IMG/VR virus record: IMGVR_UViG_3300014826_000005
Span: 8,167-72,166 of that record
Source of the DNA: a virus
Taxonomy: Duplodnaviria; Caudoviricetes
DNA: 64,000 nucleotides
Strand: one strand, 5' to 3'
Of the stretch, positions 1 through 8,885 are shown piece by piece (the first letter of the stretch is position 1; each line of letters starts with the position of its first letter). A program made the position numbers and the translations under genes. The notes beneath the pieces are model-generated. The model was given only the letters and a program-made list of their open reading frames with translations, made no database searches and had not been told where the DNA came from.

Positions 1-106
1 TCTTCATAATATCTTTATCATTTGTAATAGAGTGTAATCGATATTCTTTCATTCCCCTTCGCAAATCTTCCTTTGTTGGTTTTAAATAATACGTAAACAC
101 TTTCAT
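1..106 (-). CDS. Partial hypothetical protein, runs off the window edge (MKVFTYYLKPTKEDLRRGMKEYRLHSITNDKDIMK...)
   Basis: ATG at 106 preceded by GAGG; open to position 1; N-terminus resembles the three paralogs at 267-2101. Confidence 0.55.
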   Translation of the reverse strand, partial: MKVFTYYLKPTKEDLRRGMKEYRLHSITNDKDIMK

Positions 107-266
107 CCTCTTTACCTTCCTTTTTCTTTCCTAATATAAACTATCTGTAAATCAATTGATCTACCTTCTATCTCCATAAATATAAATAACGCCATATGCG
201 TTGATCTAAAATAATGCGGAAACAAAGTTCTCTTTATTACTTTCATTTTTATCCCCTTTTTCACTT

Positions 267-902
267 CTAATATAAGTCACCAAATAGATTAATGTATAAT
301 CCAACTTCATCAATGCAAATATTCATTTCATTATAGAATTCTTCAGGATCACCATCCACTAGACCATTTTCAAATAGCATCAATTGGTCATTATAGTATA
401 AATAGGTGTACATCCCTATAGTATTTAGTGCAAAGGCTATTTCTTTAGAAATTATAGTTGGGTCCCTTATAAAGTCAATTAATTCGTTGGGATATTGAAA
501 ATAAAAATTGTTAAGTTGTATAAAAACGTCTTCCACACCATAGTTCTTGATATAATCTATTTCGATACTTGGTGCTAAAATAGGAATCGTAATAATATCA
601 TATTTTCCACCAATGACACCTTTTGTATCTAAGGTATAATAGTTAATCATTAACTTGAAATTTTTATGTGAAAATTCTTGATATTCTTCTTTACTCATTT
701 TTTTCTTCTTTAAAATGAGTTTATGTTCATTTCTCTCATCTCTGAATTTTTCTGCATAAGAGGGGTTATCTGTATATCCATATAGTGAAATAAATGTATT
801 TTCTGTATAGGGATATTTTTCTGTTACAGTGAGATTGATATGTTTAACGTCTTTATCATGAATAGAATTTTTTGTGATCAAATAAAATAAATAAACTTTC
901 AT
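267..902 (-). CDS. Hypothetical protein, tandem paralog family
   Basis: 211-aa ORF; shares LY(G/A)(Y/W)T...F..(E/D)R and AL..(I/L)G(Y/M) motifs with its neighbours. Confidence 0.8.
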   Translation of the reverse strand: MKVYLFYLITKNSIHDKDVKHINLTVTEKYPYTENTFISLYGYTDNPSYAEKFRDERNEHKLILKKKKMSKEEYQEFSHKNFKLMINYYTLDTKGVIGGKYDIITIPILAPSIEIDYIKNYGVEDVFIQLNNFYFQYPNELIDFIRDPTIISKEIAFALNTIGMYTYLYYNDQLMLFENGLVDGDPEEFYNEMNICIDEVGLYINLFGDLY

Positions 903-1579
903 GAATTCTTCCTCCTGTTATCATTTACATTAACCCCAGTAAAGAAATAATCAAAAAGGAAAACTAATGAATTGACTTGGTTATTAAATGTAAAATAATC
1001 ATGATGTCCTAAAGACGTGCACCCATAAGATTCGTTATAATCTAAATATTCCATTAAATCAACATCATTATCGTTAAACGTTCTATCATAAAATTTTGTA
1101 TAGCCTAGTATATCTAAAGCATCTATAATATCGCTATTAAAGATACGATAATTATAATGAATTAATGGAGTAAATATAAAAGCATAAGCTGAATAAGGAT
1201 CGGATGCAACATCATGTTCGAATTTTGTTGTAACAATATCCATTTTTCCCCAAGAGCCATCATTATCTATAAAGAAATATTCTCTTTCTTTTAATTGATG
1301 GGCTTTATAATATTTCGTAATAAACCCATATTCATCAATACTTTCTTTAACGATAGTATAGATAGAATTTATTCTATCTTTTAAAAATGCTTTTAATAAT
1401 TTCTTACTGGTTGTCCAAGCATATAAACCAGTATAATAGCGATTATTTTTTAATTGATATATCTTATCTATATCGTTAAGATAATAAGTATATTTATGAA
1501 GAAGAGGATTCTCATCGCTCATATAATCCTCTTCAATATAATCTTTTGGTATTTTGACATAAATATTATATATCTTCAT
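899..1579 (-). CDS. Hypothetical protein, tandem paralog family
   Basis: 226-aa ORF; LYAWTTSKKLLKAFLKDR and ALDILGY; ATGA overlap with the next gene. Confidence 0.8.
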   Translation of the reverse strand: MKIYNIYVKIPKDYIEEDYMSDENPLLHKYTYYLNDIDKIYQLKNNRYYTGLYAWTTSKKLLKAFLKDRINSIYTIVKESIDEYGFITKYYKAHQLKEREYFFIDNDGSWGKMDIVTTKFEHDVASDPYSAYAFIFTPLIHYNYRIFNSDIIDALDILGYTKFYDRTFNDNDVDLMEYLDYNESYGCTSLGHHDYFTFNNQVNSLVFLFDYFFTGVNVNDNRRKNS

Positions 1580-1591
1580 ACGCTTTCTCCT

Positions 1592-2101
1592 TTATTGTTT
1601 TAACGTGTAACCAAAATAGTGTAAAAATACACCTAACTTATCAATTTCTATATTATAGAGAGGACGATCTATAGAATCACTATCATAGATCGCATTTATC
1701 ATTTCATAATATAAATCGGTGTATCCTAATGTCTCTAATGCAGTAAAAAGTTTTGCATCAAGCATACGAGGATCAAACCATCTTGTTGTATCTATTACAG
1801 TAGAAATAGAATAGATATCATCATTCACCATTTTAGATTTTTCATAATAGGTAACAGTTAAATGACCTTTTATATAGGTTAATGTATCTCTATTGTACAT
1901 CATAAATTCATAGATACTTAATTCATCTTCTCCATATTTTTTATAGAAATAATCTTCAGTATTTTCCGATGCTTTAATAAGTCTTTTATGAAAAAGAGAC
2001 ATATTGCGTTCATGTTCAAAACTTTTTGCAATATGTTTCTTTTTCGTATAGGCATATAATTTATCATCTATTTTGGAATAGTATGCATAAATTTTTCTCA
2101 T
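1592..2101 (-). CDS. Hypothetical protein, tandem paralog family
   Basis: 169-aa ORF; LYAYTKKKHIAKSFEHER and ALETLGY; AGGAG RBS before the next gene. Confidence 0.8.
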   Translation of the reverse strand: MRKIYAYYSKIDDKLYAYTKKKHIAKSFEHERNMSLFHKRLIKASENTEDYFYKKYGEDELSIYEFMMYNRDTLTYIKGHLTVTYYEKSKMVNDDIYSISTVIDTTRWFDPRMLDAKLFTALETLGYTDLYYEMINAIYDSDSIDRPLYNIEIDKLGVFLHYFGYTLKQ

Positions 2102-2298
2102 TTCAAATCATAAGCTCCTATATCAATAGATGTATCAAAAATCTTTTCATATTTATTTTTTTCTAATTTTTTAATAATTTTATAAAGTTCTTTTTTCTTA
2201 TGCTTAATTTCTCCATAAGGTTTGTCAGCAAAATTAAGAATTGTGTATAAATCAACTAAATCATACATAACTGCGTTTTTTAACATATTTTTTTTCAT
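2098..2298 (-). CDS. Small basic hypothetical protein
   Basis: 66 aa, GAGG RBS, first gene after the promoter motif at 2334-2343. Confidence 0.65.
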   Translation of the reverse strand: MKKNMLKNAVMYDLVDLYTILNFADKPYGEIKHKKKELYKIIKKLEKNKYEKIFDTSIDIGAYDLK

Positions 2299-2333
2299 AA
2301 TTTCCTCTTTCTCCTAAAAATAAATTATCAATG

Positions 2334-2343
2334 AGATAATATA
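2334..2343 (-). promoter_or_regulatory. Early-type promoter motif TATATTATCT
   Basis: Same 10-mer (TAYATTATCT) recurs upstream of at least 8 operon starts. Confidence 0.6.
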
Positions 2344-2415
2344 TAATTAATAAGAAGGTTTTGGTGAATATCTAGATTTATCAAGACACCTTATATAACA
2401 AAGGAGGATTCTTTT

Positions 2416-2574
2416 ATGGAACCTAGAAAAAATACAATAAGTGAATGTCCTCATAATCTTAATATTTATGATATATTAGACCATATGAAAGTCTGTTCAT
2501 TATGTGAACATTTTGTAAGTGAAGAGGGATTGTATTATTGTGATTTGACAAAGAAGGGAGACAAGACATTATGA
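2416..2574 (+). CDS. Small Cys/His-rich protein (52 aa, MEPRKNTISECPHN...CSLCEHF...YCDLTK), not in the ORF track
   Basis: AAGGAGG RBS; ATGA overlap with 2571. Confidence 0.6.
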   Translation: MEPRKNTISECPHNLNIYDILDHMKVCSLCEHFVSEEGLYYCDLTKKGDKTL

Positions 2575-3797
2575 TTATTCAGAATATCTCATTTTTAAAT
2601 ATGGATATTTTATATCAAATAAAAGATCAAGGATTCAATTTATACACACCATCTTATATTGATTTACTTAACCATGTTTCGATTATTTTTGACATTTCTG
2701 ATATTAATAAATATGAATATATTTTTATGAAAAAGATGGTAAGTGATATTACAGCATTTGAAAGCGAGTTTGTATCAACGAAATATATTCACAATACATA
2801 TAAATTTGATGGGTACAATTCACCAGAATCACCCGTTAATCAATATATTAATATTCTTTCAGGAATTTATGAAGATTATGACATGAACTATATCAATTAT
2901 CTTTTACCTCCAGGATGTATTATTGGTAATTGTAAAGCTATTTTAAATGGGGAAGATATTATTAAAATTCTTAAATATGATTTAGTAGCATTCTTTAAAG
3001 ATTTTTCTAATGAGAGTTATTTTACGTCAAGTATATCTTCTTCTCTTATGGGAAATGATACCTTTACACAAATGCTAGGAAAACGATTTGTAGAAGAATT
3101 TTATAGATTCTTATCCAATGAGATTAAATTTACAGACCAATTACAGGACTATATTTACGATAATATGTTAGCACAACCTTTGGATAATTATAACAACAAT
3201 CAATACGATAATAAGAATTATAATATTTATTATATGAAAAATCCTTATTTCTTAATTGATTTTGTAGAAGATAAACCTGAAAATATTACATCCGTATGTA
3301 AGAATTATGCCCATACTATTATTGAAAATAAGAATAAGTTTACTTTAGGAAAAACGCATATGATATTTAAAATTAATAGTGAATTTTCTATCTTTGCTGA
3401 ATTAATGAAAATTCTTCCTCATGATAGACTTATTGCTCATGAGAATTATTATCAAATTGCTGAAAAGAGTTTAGATAAAGAAAAAGTTCCTTATGTTCCT
3501 AAAGTAGCAAGTGAAAAATATAATAATAGATTTGCTGGAAGATTATTAGGATTCCAAAAACTTATTCAAGATAGTCTTACTGAAAATAATGGATTTGTGA
3601 AAATGGAATTAAGTGAAGGATATGTAGATATTTCTTATAATTTAGAATTATCATTTGATGATTTTGATAAATATCTTATTCCTTACACAAAGAATTATGG
3701 TGATAATAAAAACTTCTTACAGATAAAGACATGTAAGATGATTAATGATTTATTTAAAATTAGTGGTACAATGTACAAAATGATTACAACAAAATAG
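2571..3797 (+). CDS. Hypothetical protein, possibly a tandem degenerate ThyX-like fold
   Basis: 408 aa; NHVSIIFDI...YLLP...AILNGED resembles the ThyX scaffold, but the RHRxxSxxxxSxR motif is absent. Confidence 0.4.
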   Translation: MIIQNISFLNMDILYQIKDQGFNLYTPSYIDLLNHVSIIFDISDINKYEYIFMKKMVSDITAFESEFVSTKYIHNTYKFDGYNSPESPVNQYINILSGIYEDYDMNYINYLLPPGCIIGNCKAILNGEDIIKILKYDLVAFFKDFSNESYFTSSISSSLMGNDTFTQMLGKRFVEEFYRFLSNEIKFTDQLQDYIYDNMLAQPLDNYNNNQYDNKNYNIYYMKNPYFLIDFVEDKPENITSVCKNYAHTIIENKNKFTLGKTHMIFKINSEFSIFAELMKILPHDRLIAHENYYQIAEKSLDKEKVPYVPKVASEKYNNRFAGRLLGFQKLIQDSLTENNGFVKMELSEGYVDISYNLELSFDDFDKYLIPYTKNYGDNKNFLQIKTCKMINDLFKISGTMYKMITTK

Positions 3798-3821
3798 AGA
3801 GGTGATTGCCTCTCTATTTTT
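3794..3821 (+). terminator. Intrinsic terminator
   Basis: ATAGAGAGG...CCTCTCTAT stem followed by a T run. Confidence 0.75.
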
Positions 3822-3840
3822 TCACACTTCTTGACAATTA

Positions 3841-3850
3841 TACATTATCT
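3841..3850 (+). promoter_or_regulatory. Early-type promoter motif TACATTATCT
   Basis: Recurrent motif just after a terminator, at the start of an operon. Confidence 0.6.
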
Positions 3851-3926
3851 AATAGTAAATTATTGAAAAGAGGTGGTTGAATTAAATGTATATTAATACG
3901 ATTTTTATCTAAGGGGAGAAAGCGAA

Positions 3927-4385
3927 ATGAGTAGTAAGAAAAAAGTAAAAAAGATGGAATTAGAAACGGTTGAGAATATGAGTATTACTGATATCCTCGA
4001 TCCATATCTAACAAACAATCATCGCACATTGGTTGAAGAAATTCAAGCGGTGCAAATCAAATTAGATGAGAAAGAGAGGCAGATTAAAAAGAAAAGAAAA
4101 AAAGAAATGAAAAAGAAGAAAAAGAAAGGAGTGAATGTAAAAGATTTTAAATCGGTTCAATGGGAAGCCAGAAAAGAAATATTAGATGAGATGAATGAAA
4201 CAAACTTATTAGAAAGAGTTTATCAAACACTCAGTGATTTTGTTCCCATTGTTATCGTTATAGCAAGATTGATTATCACATTAATTGATGCTATATTAAA
4301 TCTTAATTGGGTAAAAGTAAGAATTAGCCCAGAAATGTTGAAGAAAATAGAAAAAGTCTACAAGAAGGCTATGAGTGTTTGCTAA
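3927..4385 (+). CDS. Lys-rich coiled-coil hypothetical protein
   Basis: 152-aa ORF, GGGGAG RBS. Confidence 0.75.
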   Translation: MSSKKKVKKMELETVENMSITDILDPYLTNNHRTLVEEIQAVQIKLDEKERQIKKKRKKEMKKKKKKGVNVKDFKSVQWEARKEILDEMNETNLLERVYQTLSDFVPIVIVIARLIITLIDAILNLNWVKVRISPEMLKKIEKVYKKAMSVC

Positions 4386-4406
4386 ATAAGATTAAAGGAG
4401 AACACT

Positions 4407-4880
4407 ATGTATGCCGTATTAGATAGAGATTTAAAGATGGTCGCATGGCATGATGATAGAGAAGTATGTGAAATCTATTTGAAGAATCTTCAAAGAACAT
4501 ACAATGATGAAGAAAAGTATAAAGATTACATAATCGTAAAAATTAAAAAGAAATATAAATTTGAAACCAGTGTAGAACAAGATGGATTATATTTATTACG
4601 ATATGGATCTACGTATATACAAAAAGATTACATTGAATGTATGGATATAGAAATGGACACATTCTTACATGATGAAAAATATGCCATCGACGTCTTATAT
4701 CGTACTCTTGAAACGTCTGATTTAAATTCTAAAGATTACAAAACAATTGTAAAAGCAATTAAAGTTATGGAGTCTATTTATGAAGAAGATAAAGCTTATA
4801 CTCCAGATATCTCTGATTTGCAAGAAGTCTATAATGAATTCGAACCGTATATAAAAATGGAGGAAGAAAACGGATTATGA
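4407..4880 (+). CDS. Hypothetical protein
   Basis: 157-aa ORF, GGGAG RBS. Confidence 0.75.
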   Translation: MYAVLDRDLKMVAWHDDREVCEIYLKNLQRTYNDEEKYKDYIIVKIKKKYKFETSVEQDGLYLLRYGSTYIQKDYIECMDIEMDTFLHDEKYAIDVLYRTLETSDLNSKDYKTIVKAIKVMESIYEEDKAYTPDISDLQEVYNEFEPYIKMEEENGL

Positions 4881-5089
4881 AAGATGAAGCAATTGAAGTA
4901 ACAGGAATTATATCAAAAACAGAAAGAGGACGTTTTAGAGTTCAATTAGAAAATGGAATGGAAGTAACTTGTACCATTTCAGGAAGATTAAGAACAAATA
5001 AAATCAAGTTATTGGAAGGGGATAAAGTCAATGTAGAATTATCCCCTTATGATTTAACAAAAGGAAGAATTGTTTGGAGATATAAATAA
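4877..5089 (+). CDS. infA: Translation initiation factor IF-1
   Basis: 70 aa; FRVQLENG...ISGRLR.N.I.LLEGDKV.VELSPYDLTKGRIVWRYK is the IF-1 S1/OB-fold signature. Confidence 0.93.
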   Translation: MKDEAIEVTGIISKTERGRFRVQLENGMEVTCTISGRLRTNKIKLLEGDKVNVELSPYDLTKGRIVWRYK

Positions 5090-5135
5090 TTCTTCCTTTT
5101 TTATAAAATTTACAGAATAATAGGAGAAATGAACA

Positions 5136-6026
5136 ATGATGGATAAGGAAACATACAAAAGAGAGATTGTAAGAATGTGGGATAGCTTACGCTCTGAAGT
5201 GCACAAAGGTGAAGAATCGTGTAGAGGAGTAGAATGCAAAGAATGCGCACTTTACTATTCTTCATGTGAAGGAAATGATTCTTTTAACGCATATGAAACA
5301 ATTGAATATGCACATAAAATGATTGAGGCTATAGAAAAATGGAGTAAAGAACACCCGCAAAAACACAAGGTGTCGAAGCTTGAGTATGATATCATGCAGG
5401 CTGCAATTGATTATAGTTCTGAGGAAGAGACATTTAAAGAAGTTGACATTCTATATGAACTTCTTGAAGGTGGATATTTTAATGGCGCAAAATCAACTGA
5501 TAAAATAGTTGATTATATCGAAAATTGTGAAGTAGATAGTAAATTAAGAGGAAATGAAAATGTTAAAGTAGGAAAGTATAGAAGTCAAATATTAGAGTTT
5601 AGTGATAATAAAAAAACTATGTATTTTTCTTTCAAAAACGATAATGCGAATATGCTCAATAGCTGTCGTGAATCAAATTGCAATTATTACGCATTATACT
5701 CGCTAAATGATAAATGTACAATTACTAGAATTAAGTGGCTTCTTTCTAAATATATGGCGCCTATTAAACTGACAAGATTGGAATTTGAGATTTTGAAATG
5801 GTTAGACAAAGGAGGTTATAAATTCATTGTCAGAAGTCCGAATGATAATCTAATGGCATATGATAGTATACCTAAAAAAGTTTTGTATGGATGGATTTCT
5901 GAAAATAGATACAAGACTCTTACGTCATTTAATGATTTATTACATTTTATTAAATATGAAGACGAAGAGCCTACATTAATTCAAGAGGTTTTAGAAATTT
6001 GCGAGGTTATTGAAGATGATGGATAA
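5136..6026 (+). CDS. Mosaic hypothetical protein (Cys-rich N-terminus, repeated K(V/L)(S/T)(K/R)LE(Y/F)(D/E)I module)
   Basis: 296-aa ORF, AGGAG RBS. Confidence 0.7.
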   Translation: MMDKETYKREIVRMWDSLRSEVHKGEESCRGVECKECALYYSSCEGNDSFNAYETIEYAHKMIEAIEKWSKEHPQKHKVSKLEYDIMQAAIDYSSEEETFKEVDILYELLEGGYFNGAKSTDKIVDYIENCEVDSKLRGNENVKVGKYRSQILEFSDNKKTMYFSFKNDNANMLNSCRESNCNYYALYSLNDKCTITRIKWLLSKYMAPIKLTRLEFEILKWLDKGGYKFIVRSPNDNLMAYDSIPKKVLYGWISENRYKTLTSFNDLLHFIKYEDEEPTLIQEVLEICEVIEDDG

Positions 6027-6567
6027 AGATAAAAGTGATGATAAAACTATAGAAGAAGTTAAGACAGCTTCTAGCCCAAGAGGAAAAGTAGATGCTGATC
6101 CTAAAGTGGTGAATAATAAACACAATGTACGAGTGAAAGTTATTCCATTGAATGATTCTATGGATGATGAGGATCGTGCTAGAATCATAAAAAGTATTTA
6201 TAATTATATTTATGATTATTATCATAATGATAAGGATGATGAAGATGATATGTTCATTCATGGTCATGTGGATTATGATAAGGATGACTATTGTTACTAT
6301 GATGATGAAGATGATATGATTATTCGTGATCATATAGATAGAGTTGTTGGTCCTGATGATGATTATGATGATATTGCATATTATAAAGATAAATTATATG
6401 ATATTGCTCTTGATAATGAAGATATCTTTTCATTGGCTGAAATCGTTACAATTAAAACTATTCTTCAATGGGTAAGAGAAAATCATCAAGGTGATACTAT
6501 TGATGTAAAAGAGTTTTTAAATTTTCTTAAGACTCTTATAAAAGGAATGAAAAATAATAAAATATAG
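6010..6567 (+). CDS. Asp/Tyr/His-rich acidic low-complexity protein
   Basis: 185-aa ORF (ATG at 6016 likely), followed by a terminator. Confidence 0.7.
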   Translation: MKMMDKDKSDDKTIEEVKTASSPRGKVDADPKVVNNKHNVRVKVIPLNDSMDDEDRARIIKSIYNYIYDYYHNDKDDEDDMFIHGHVDYDKDDYCYYDDEDDMIIRDHIDRVVGPDDDYDDIAYYKDKLYDIALDNEDIFSLAEIVTIKTILQWVRENHQGDTIDVKEFLNFLKTLIKGMKNNKI

Positions 6568-6619
6568 TAACCAAATATCCAACGGTTACTATATTTTTTT
6601 TACACAATTATTTAAATAT

Positions 6620-8716
6620 TTGATAGAAAGGTTGGTGGTGATAATGTCTCAGAAATGCACGAAAGAAGAATATGATAAGATCATTCGAGAAGGTGGTTTC
6701 TATGATGATAATGGTGTTTGGAACTCCATTAAAGTCTTCTCTAATGATAATCATATTTATAGAGAACGTGTAGAAACGATTGTCGTTAAAAATAAAGACA
6801 AAGTATTTGTCAAACGTAAAGTCAATGGAGACTATTATTTACCTGGTGGTTCAACAGAACCTGAAGTATCACATATACAACAAGCCATCAATGAGTGTAA
6901 TGAAGAAGCTCGTATTAATGTACGTAATATTCAATCAACAGGTATTACTTATAAAAAAGATGTTGTTTCTTTTATTCACAATAAAAGTGTCTCACCTTAT
7001 GTCGAATGGGATCGTACTGTTAATGAAATTTATGTAGCACAATATGATGGTAGATATACTGGACCTGTTGAAGATTGTGATAAGGATCCATTTATGTTAA
7101 GTGGCTCTTGGGTTCCTGTAAAAGATTGCTTATCTTTTTTTATACCAGAGCATAGAGATGCTTTATTAAATTATTTAAGACAACTTCATGAAGAAGACGA
7201 ACTTGTATCGGAATCGTATATTTCCAATTATTTCAAAAACAAAATTTTGTTAGCACACTTAAATTATAAACCGGATTTTGGTAGAAAGACAATGTCCAAT
7301 GTTATTAAGGATATTGATAAAGCTCAAAAATCTGTTATCAAAACACCTTATTATAAAAAGGCTGTGAAAGATAAAACTGTGAAAGATAAAATCTTTGGAA
7401 TGCTTATGTTCACATTCAATGCAACAAAAAAGAATAAATATGATATTTGTATTGCTTATTCAGGAGATGCTACAAGTTTTACTCCAGCAGCAGCTTGTCA
7501 TGTTCCAGAATATGGAGATACCGTTATCGTGTATCCAGGATTCTTTAAACTTGAAAAGAATGAAAAGATTTTTGTTCTCTTACATGAAATAGGTCATATT
7601 CGATTAAATCATACAGTTGACCGTAATCAATATTGGTTAGGACTAGGTCTTATTCCTGCTAATACACGTTCTTATAATATGAAAAATAACAGAGTTTCCT
7701 ATGAAGAATTGAATGCTGATTTATATGCTGTCTTAAATGGTGCTGATATGTATTCTATCTTAGGATTACATGAACCATTGGATTACGATAATAAATATGA
7801 TTATCGTTATAGTAATGCTGAATTAGCAAATCGATATCATTATGTCTTTGATCAATATAAACGTTATAATGGTGGATATTTACCTTATGATAAAGAACGA
7901 TTAAAGGAACTCGAAAAAGAAGGTCTTATTAAAAAAGAATCTTCTCTTTCTGATTATGAAATTGCAGCATTAGCTCTTCATGAACTCGTTTATGAAAATA
8001 GTCAATTAGATAATGAAACGAATAAAGATAAAGATATTCTTTATAATATTCTTTTTGAATTTACAATTGATAGACAAATGAAGAATAATGGTTCATTATC
8101 TTATGCAAAAACACTTTTTGAATCAGCGTTAAAAGACTATCGTATGAATAAATTTGAATACATCTCTTACATGACAGAAAATGGAAAAGATGTAAAAGAA
8201 GATGAAGATGATAGAATTGCAAGAATTAAAAATGCTTACAATAATATCAATGATATAAGAAACCGTGATTACAACTTCTATTGTGAGAGTTTAAATTCTC
8301 ATGATGGTTTAGGTAAAGATAGATCGATTACAGAGCTTTCTGAAAAGAAAGAAGCAATGAGTTATTATATTATGAATGAAGCTTATAGTCTATATGATAC
8401 TCTTGAAGCTCAAAAGACATTGACATATAATCTTCAAAATTTAAAAATGATTGTAGAATCATTAACACAAAAAGAACGTAATAAAATTCCTGAAGAATTA
8501 TTTGGTATTCCTGAATTGAGAAAATACCCTTTAGATTCAAAGAAACATGTACGCTCAGCTATTAAGCTTTATTATAAATATGAAAAAAGTGAATATGCAG
8601 AAGAACTTGCTAGAAATATTTTAAAAGCTATGAAGAGATATAAGATGAAATACAGTGATTATGTTTCTAAAGGAAGTTCTTTGGATAAAGCTGTTCAGAA
8701 ATACCAATTATTATAA
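6620..8716 (+). CDS. Multidomain protein: degenerate Nudix domain, HExxH zincin-like domain and a C-terminal phage head-protein-like repeat
   Basis: LPGGSTEPEVSHIQQAINECNEEARI; LLHEIGH...EELNADLYA; ESLTQKERNKIPEELFGIPELRKYPLD. Confidence 0.6.
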   Translation: MIERLVVIMSQKCTKEEYDKIIREGGFYDDNGVWNSIKVFSNDNHIYRERVETIVVKNKDKVFVKRKVNGDYYLPGGSTEPEVSHIQQAINECNEEARINVRNIQSTGITYKKDVVSFIHNKSVSPYVEWDRTVNEIYVAQYDGRYTGPVEDCDKDPFMLSGSWVPVKDCLSFFIPEHRDALLNYLRQLHEEDELVSESYISNYFKNKILLAHLNYKPDFGRKTMSNVIKDIDKAQKSVIKTPYYKKAVKDKTVKDKIFGMLMFTFNATKKNKYDICIAYSGDATSFTPAAACHVPEYGDTVIVYPGFFKLEKNEKIFVLLHEIGHIRLNHTVDRNQYWLGLGLIPANTRSYNMKNNRVSYEELNADLYAVLNGADMYSILGLHEPLDYDNKYDYRYSNAELANRYHYVFDQYKRYNGGYLPYDKERLKELEKEGLIKKESSLSDYEIAALALHELVYENSQLDNETNKDKDILYNILFEFTIDRQMKNNGSLSYAKTLFESALKDYRMNKFEYISYMTENGKDVKEDEDDRIARIKNAYNNINDIRNRDYNFYCESLNSHDGLGKDRSITELSEKKEAMSYYIMNEAYSLYDTLEAQKTLTYNLQNLKMIVESLTQKERNKIPEELFGIPELRKYPLDSKKHVRSAIKLYYKYEKSEYAEELARNILKAMKRYKMKYSDYVSKGSSLDKAVQKYQLL

Positions 8717-8768
8717 ATGATGAAATAAGATAAAAGATGTCTACTGACATACTTTTATCTTATTTTTA

Positions 8769-8778
8769 TACATTATCT
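8769..8778 (+). promoter_or_regulatory. Early-type promoter motif TACATTATCT upstream of the RNAP subunit
   Basis: Recurrent motif right after a terminator. Confidence 0.6.
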
Positions 8779-8885
8779 TATTGCAAAATACAGAAAGGAG
8801 AAAGCGATATATGATGATAAACTCTTTACCTTAAATCAAATTGTATTTTACTATTCACAATATTTTTAAGGAGGAATAATATCTT

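Noticed and set aside
6620-8716. Chimallin, based on size and position next to the beta-prime gene
   Set aside because: The sequence shows Nudix, HExxH and head-protein motifs instead.
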